This document shows, one piece after another, positions 60,822 through 64,000 of a DNA stretch of 64,000 nt. The number at the start of each line of letters is the position of its first letter. Positions within the stretch are counted from its first letter, which is position 1. The stretch comes from Octopus sinensis (taxonomy: Eukaryota), in contig NC_043000.1 of NCBI RefSeq assembly GCF_006345805.1, positions 83,824,001 to 83,888,000 of the forward strand, in the 5' to 3' direction. The position numbers were made by a program, and so were the translations under genes. A model generated the notes under the pieces. That model had not been told where the DNA came from. It did no database searches and saw nothing but the letters and a program-made list of their open reading frames with translations.

Positions 60822-62877
60822 ATATTTATTTTATTGAAAGGATGAAAGGCAAAGTTGACCTCAATAGGATTTGAACTCATAATATAAAGTCAGATAAACT
60901 GCTGCTAAGCATATTGCCTGACACACTAATAATTCTGCCAGTTCGCCACCTTAGAAAATCCAGTTATATTAAGAAATGCTTAGGAGTCACTTTGGCAAAA
61001 GATGTCCACATGATGGTAAAATTCCTGCATGATTTTCCTGTAAAACATGTTTACCTCTGTATATATTATCATTATTATTATTATTTATGACAGGAATCTT
61101 ATAAAACAGTACACTGATAGTGGATTTCCTAAGGTAGACATATTGTATAGAATAACAAATCCTTTACATTCAGTGGTTTTCTTATTAGCCCCTTACTAGA
61201 TATCCCGAGAAACAATTTAAGTATAAATAATTCAAGAACACACCCAATAAAGAATACTATAAAATAGCAAAAATATTAAAATTAACTTTTTTTTTATTAG
61301 CAATTAGGTGAAGGAGAAGTAGTGCTTTTGACCTTTGTGAACATCCCCACCTCTGCTCTTCATGAGATTGATTAGTGAATGTCTGTCTGAACTTCAGTAA
61401 CTCAATGCCTAATAGAGAGAACATAAGGGAATTCCAGAGGGATGCAAATTTAGACAGAAAGAATTAAGAAACAAGTGTTGGTAAAGGGTTGAGTTAGTTG
61501 AACACACTAATGATAACAAGAAGAGGAAGATGATGTGTTGTTTGATGAGCATGGGTAGAGGTGGTCAGGATCAGGAAGTTGTTACAGTAGTAGTAGTAGT
61601 AGTAGTAGTAGTAGCAATAGTAGTGGTAGTAGTAGAGGAGGGTACAACTAATGAGCTAATGGTAGTAACATGTTGGTGAATGAATGTCAGTCAGTCAAAT
61701 GGCTTTCTTTAGGATGTTGTTTTGAATGTCTGTGTGTAGAAGTCTGCACCATTTCAAAGTATGTGGGATTTTCAATTACTAATTAAAGCTTAATATTTCT
61801 GAGTCTTGAAGAAGAAACCTAGTTTTTGAGGTGCAGTTCTAGGATTGTAAAGCCTAATTTTTTTAATGACTGAGTATTTTGGTTGTAAATTCAGAGTCTT
61901 TTTTTCTTTTTAATAATTATAGCAATTAAGGTGACAAGCTGGCAGAATCATTAGCAAGCTGGGAATATACTTAGCACATTTCATCCGTTTTTATGTTCTG
62001 AGTTCAAATTCTGCTGAGGTCCACTTTGCTTTTAATTGTTTCGGAGTTGATAAAATCAATCAGGTGCTGGGGTTGGTCTATTCGACTTAACCCCTCCCCA
62101 AAATTGCTGGGGAATTGTGCCAAACTTTGAAACCAATAATTATAGCAATTGTTTTGGTGTTGTCTAAAATTGCACTCTGAAGTTGGAAACTGTCTTCAGA
62201 GTTTTAGATAATATATATGGAATTATACTTGCAACAAACAAATAAAAGGAAAAAAATCACTTTAATACTAAGCCAAAATCTCTCACTTGCTATTAAAATT
62301 AACACAAGACTATTATTCTTTTCATGTCACAGTAACTCTCTTGGTTAATGTTAATGTAGGGACACCTGTAAATAGTGACACTACTATATATCATCATTAT
62401 TTTAACATCTGCCTTTCTCCATGCTTGTAGGGATTGGATGGAGTTTACTGAGGCAAAATTTCTATAGCTGGATGCCCTTCCTGTTGCTAAACCTTACCTG
62501 CTTCTAAGCTAGGTAATATTTTCCCCATAGCCAAACATGTTTGCACAAAATATTGACTTCAAATTTTGGCACAAGGCCAGCAACATCAGGCAAGGGGGTA
62601 AGTTGATTACATCAACCCTGCCAGTGCTAAACTTGTACTTATTTTACTGACCTTGAAAGGATGAAAAGCAAAGTCGACCCTGGTAGCGTTTGAACTCACA
62701 ACATAAAGACAGACGAAATGCTGCTAAACATTTTGGCCGGTGTGGTAACAATTCTGCCAGCTTACCACCATGTTTTCACACAATATTGACAATTAATGAC
62801 ATTCATTTCCAACATTATGTGATGTCAAGACAAGGAGATACAAACTTGTATATACATATATGTGATGGGCTTCTTTT

Positions 62878-64000
62878 AAATAATAATAATAATAATTGTG
62901 TACAGTGCTCAGGTGCACTACAACTCATCTAAAGTGTATATATAATCAGGTGTAGTTTCGGCGGATTTCGGAAAGCATGAGGGCCTTAAAAGATGCAGTG
63001 TCATGGCAGTCAACAACTGACGCAGGCAGTTTATTCCATGCTTCAGCAACTCTGAGTGTGAAAAAATGTTTCCGAAAGTCATGGGAGCTGTATTGTTTTC
63101 TGACTTTGTAGGCATGTCCACGTGTGTTAGACACATGGAGATCAAAAAGGTGTTCAGTGTTGTTGTTGGTGAGGTGGTTGATAACTTTGTGGGTGTTTAC
63201 CAAGTCCGTCGCCAAACGCCGGAGCTTCAGTGAATCCATGCCCAGGGAAACAAGGCGCTCAGAATATGGTAGGTGTCTGATGGAGGGTATGCGTTTGGTT
63301 GCACGTCTCTGGACAGATTCCAGGAGGTCAATGTTCTGTGCAAGATAGGGGTTCCAAACTGATGATGCGAATTCCAAGTGTGGTCGTACCATAGCTGTAT
63401 ACAGTTTTAAATAGATGGCTGGAGAGCGGCTAACAAAAGACCTGCTGAGTGATGCCAAGACACCCTCGGCCTTCCTGACAATCTTAGAGATATGCTTTGA
63501 CCAACGCAAATCACTGCTGACAGTGATGCCTAGGTCACGCTCGCAAGAGGATTTCTTGATATCAGTGTTGTGGAGGGAGTATGTGAACGCAGGGTTTTTT
63601 CCCCCAAAATGCATGGTGGTACACTTGTCCACAGCCAGTTTCAGTTGCCAGTCTGTGATCCATTGCTGCATTGTGTCTAGGTCTGATTGCAGGAAAGAGT
63701 TGTAGACATCAGGATCTGTCCTCTTGATTTCAAGGTACAGCTTGATGTCGTCTGCATATTTCAATACTGTGGCATTCTTTAAATTGGCATCTATGTCGTT
63801 AATGTATGCCACAAACAAGAGGGGACCAAGGACAGATCCCTGTGGTACACCCGATGACATCTCATATGGTGTAGAGTGCTGTCCTAGAACTGTGACTACC
63901 TCCTTTCGGCTGAGGATGAAGGATTTCAACCAGTTAAAAAGGTCATCCCCCACACCCATTGCAGAGAGTTTCACCATAAGCCTTTTGTGTGGCACAGAGT
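62878..64000 (-). mobile_element. CR1-clade LINE 3' portion with open RT ORF (62946 to window edge) and (TTA)n tail
   Basis: 349 uninterrupted codons: SGVPQGSVLGPLLF, YADDIKL, ERDLGI, VRPHLEFASSVWNP, LESVQRRATK, TRGH, FFTLRVAEAWNKLP. Short 3' UTR and simple-repeat tail. Confidence 0.93.

Overview
Eukaryotic, AT-rich, repeat-dense animal genomic DNA. It is inferred to be a coleoid cephalopod, most likely Octopus, from the (TA)n/(CA)n load and the SINE, RTE and Penelope repeat types. It is not prokaryotic, and almost all ORFs in the supplied track are microsatellite or transposon artefacts. One real gene runs across the window on the minus strand. Five coding exons with GT-AG boundaries and matching phases (56585-56778, 25967-26134, 20583-20763, 16138-16212, 3358-3486; 747 nt, 249 aa) encode the N-terminus of a Broad-minded/TBC1D32 (BROMI) ciliary protein ortholog, and the gene continues past the left edge. 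The introns hold RTE, CR1, R4/Dong-like and HERO-like LINE pieces, three tRNA-derived SINE families, mariner, maT and MULE remnants, Helitrons, piggyBac-like and hAT MITEs, and Penelope-like fragments. I cannot establish a new biological system. The best leads are: (1) hammerhead-ribozyme-like motifs, two of them in palindromic fold-back elements; (2) a 108-bp near-identical copy of unique flank inserted into an RTE tail 20 kb away; (3) a 300-bp inverted duplication around a SINE, plus several perfect short hairpins; (4) long inverted repeats bracketing two frame-preserving exons; (5) a PHD finger inside an RTE reverse transcriptase. Family assignments come from remembered motifs, not database searches, and repeat boundaries are approximate unless a TSD or TIR is stated.
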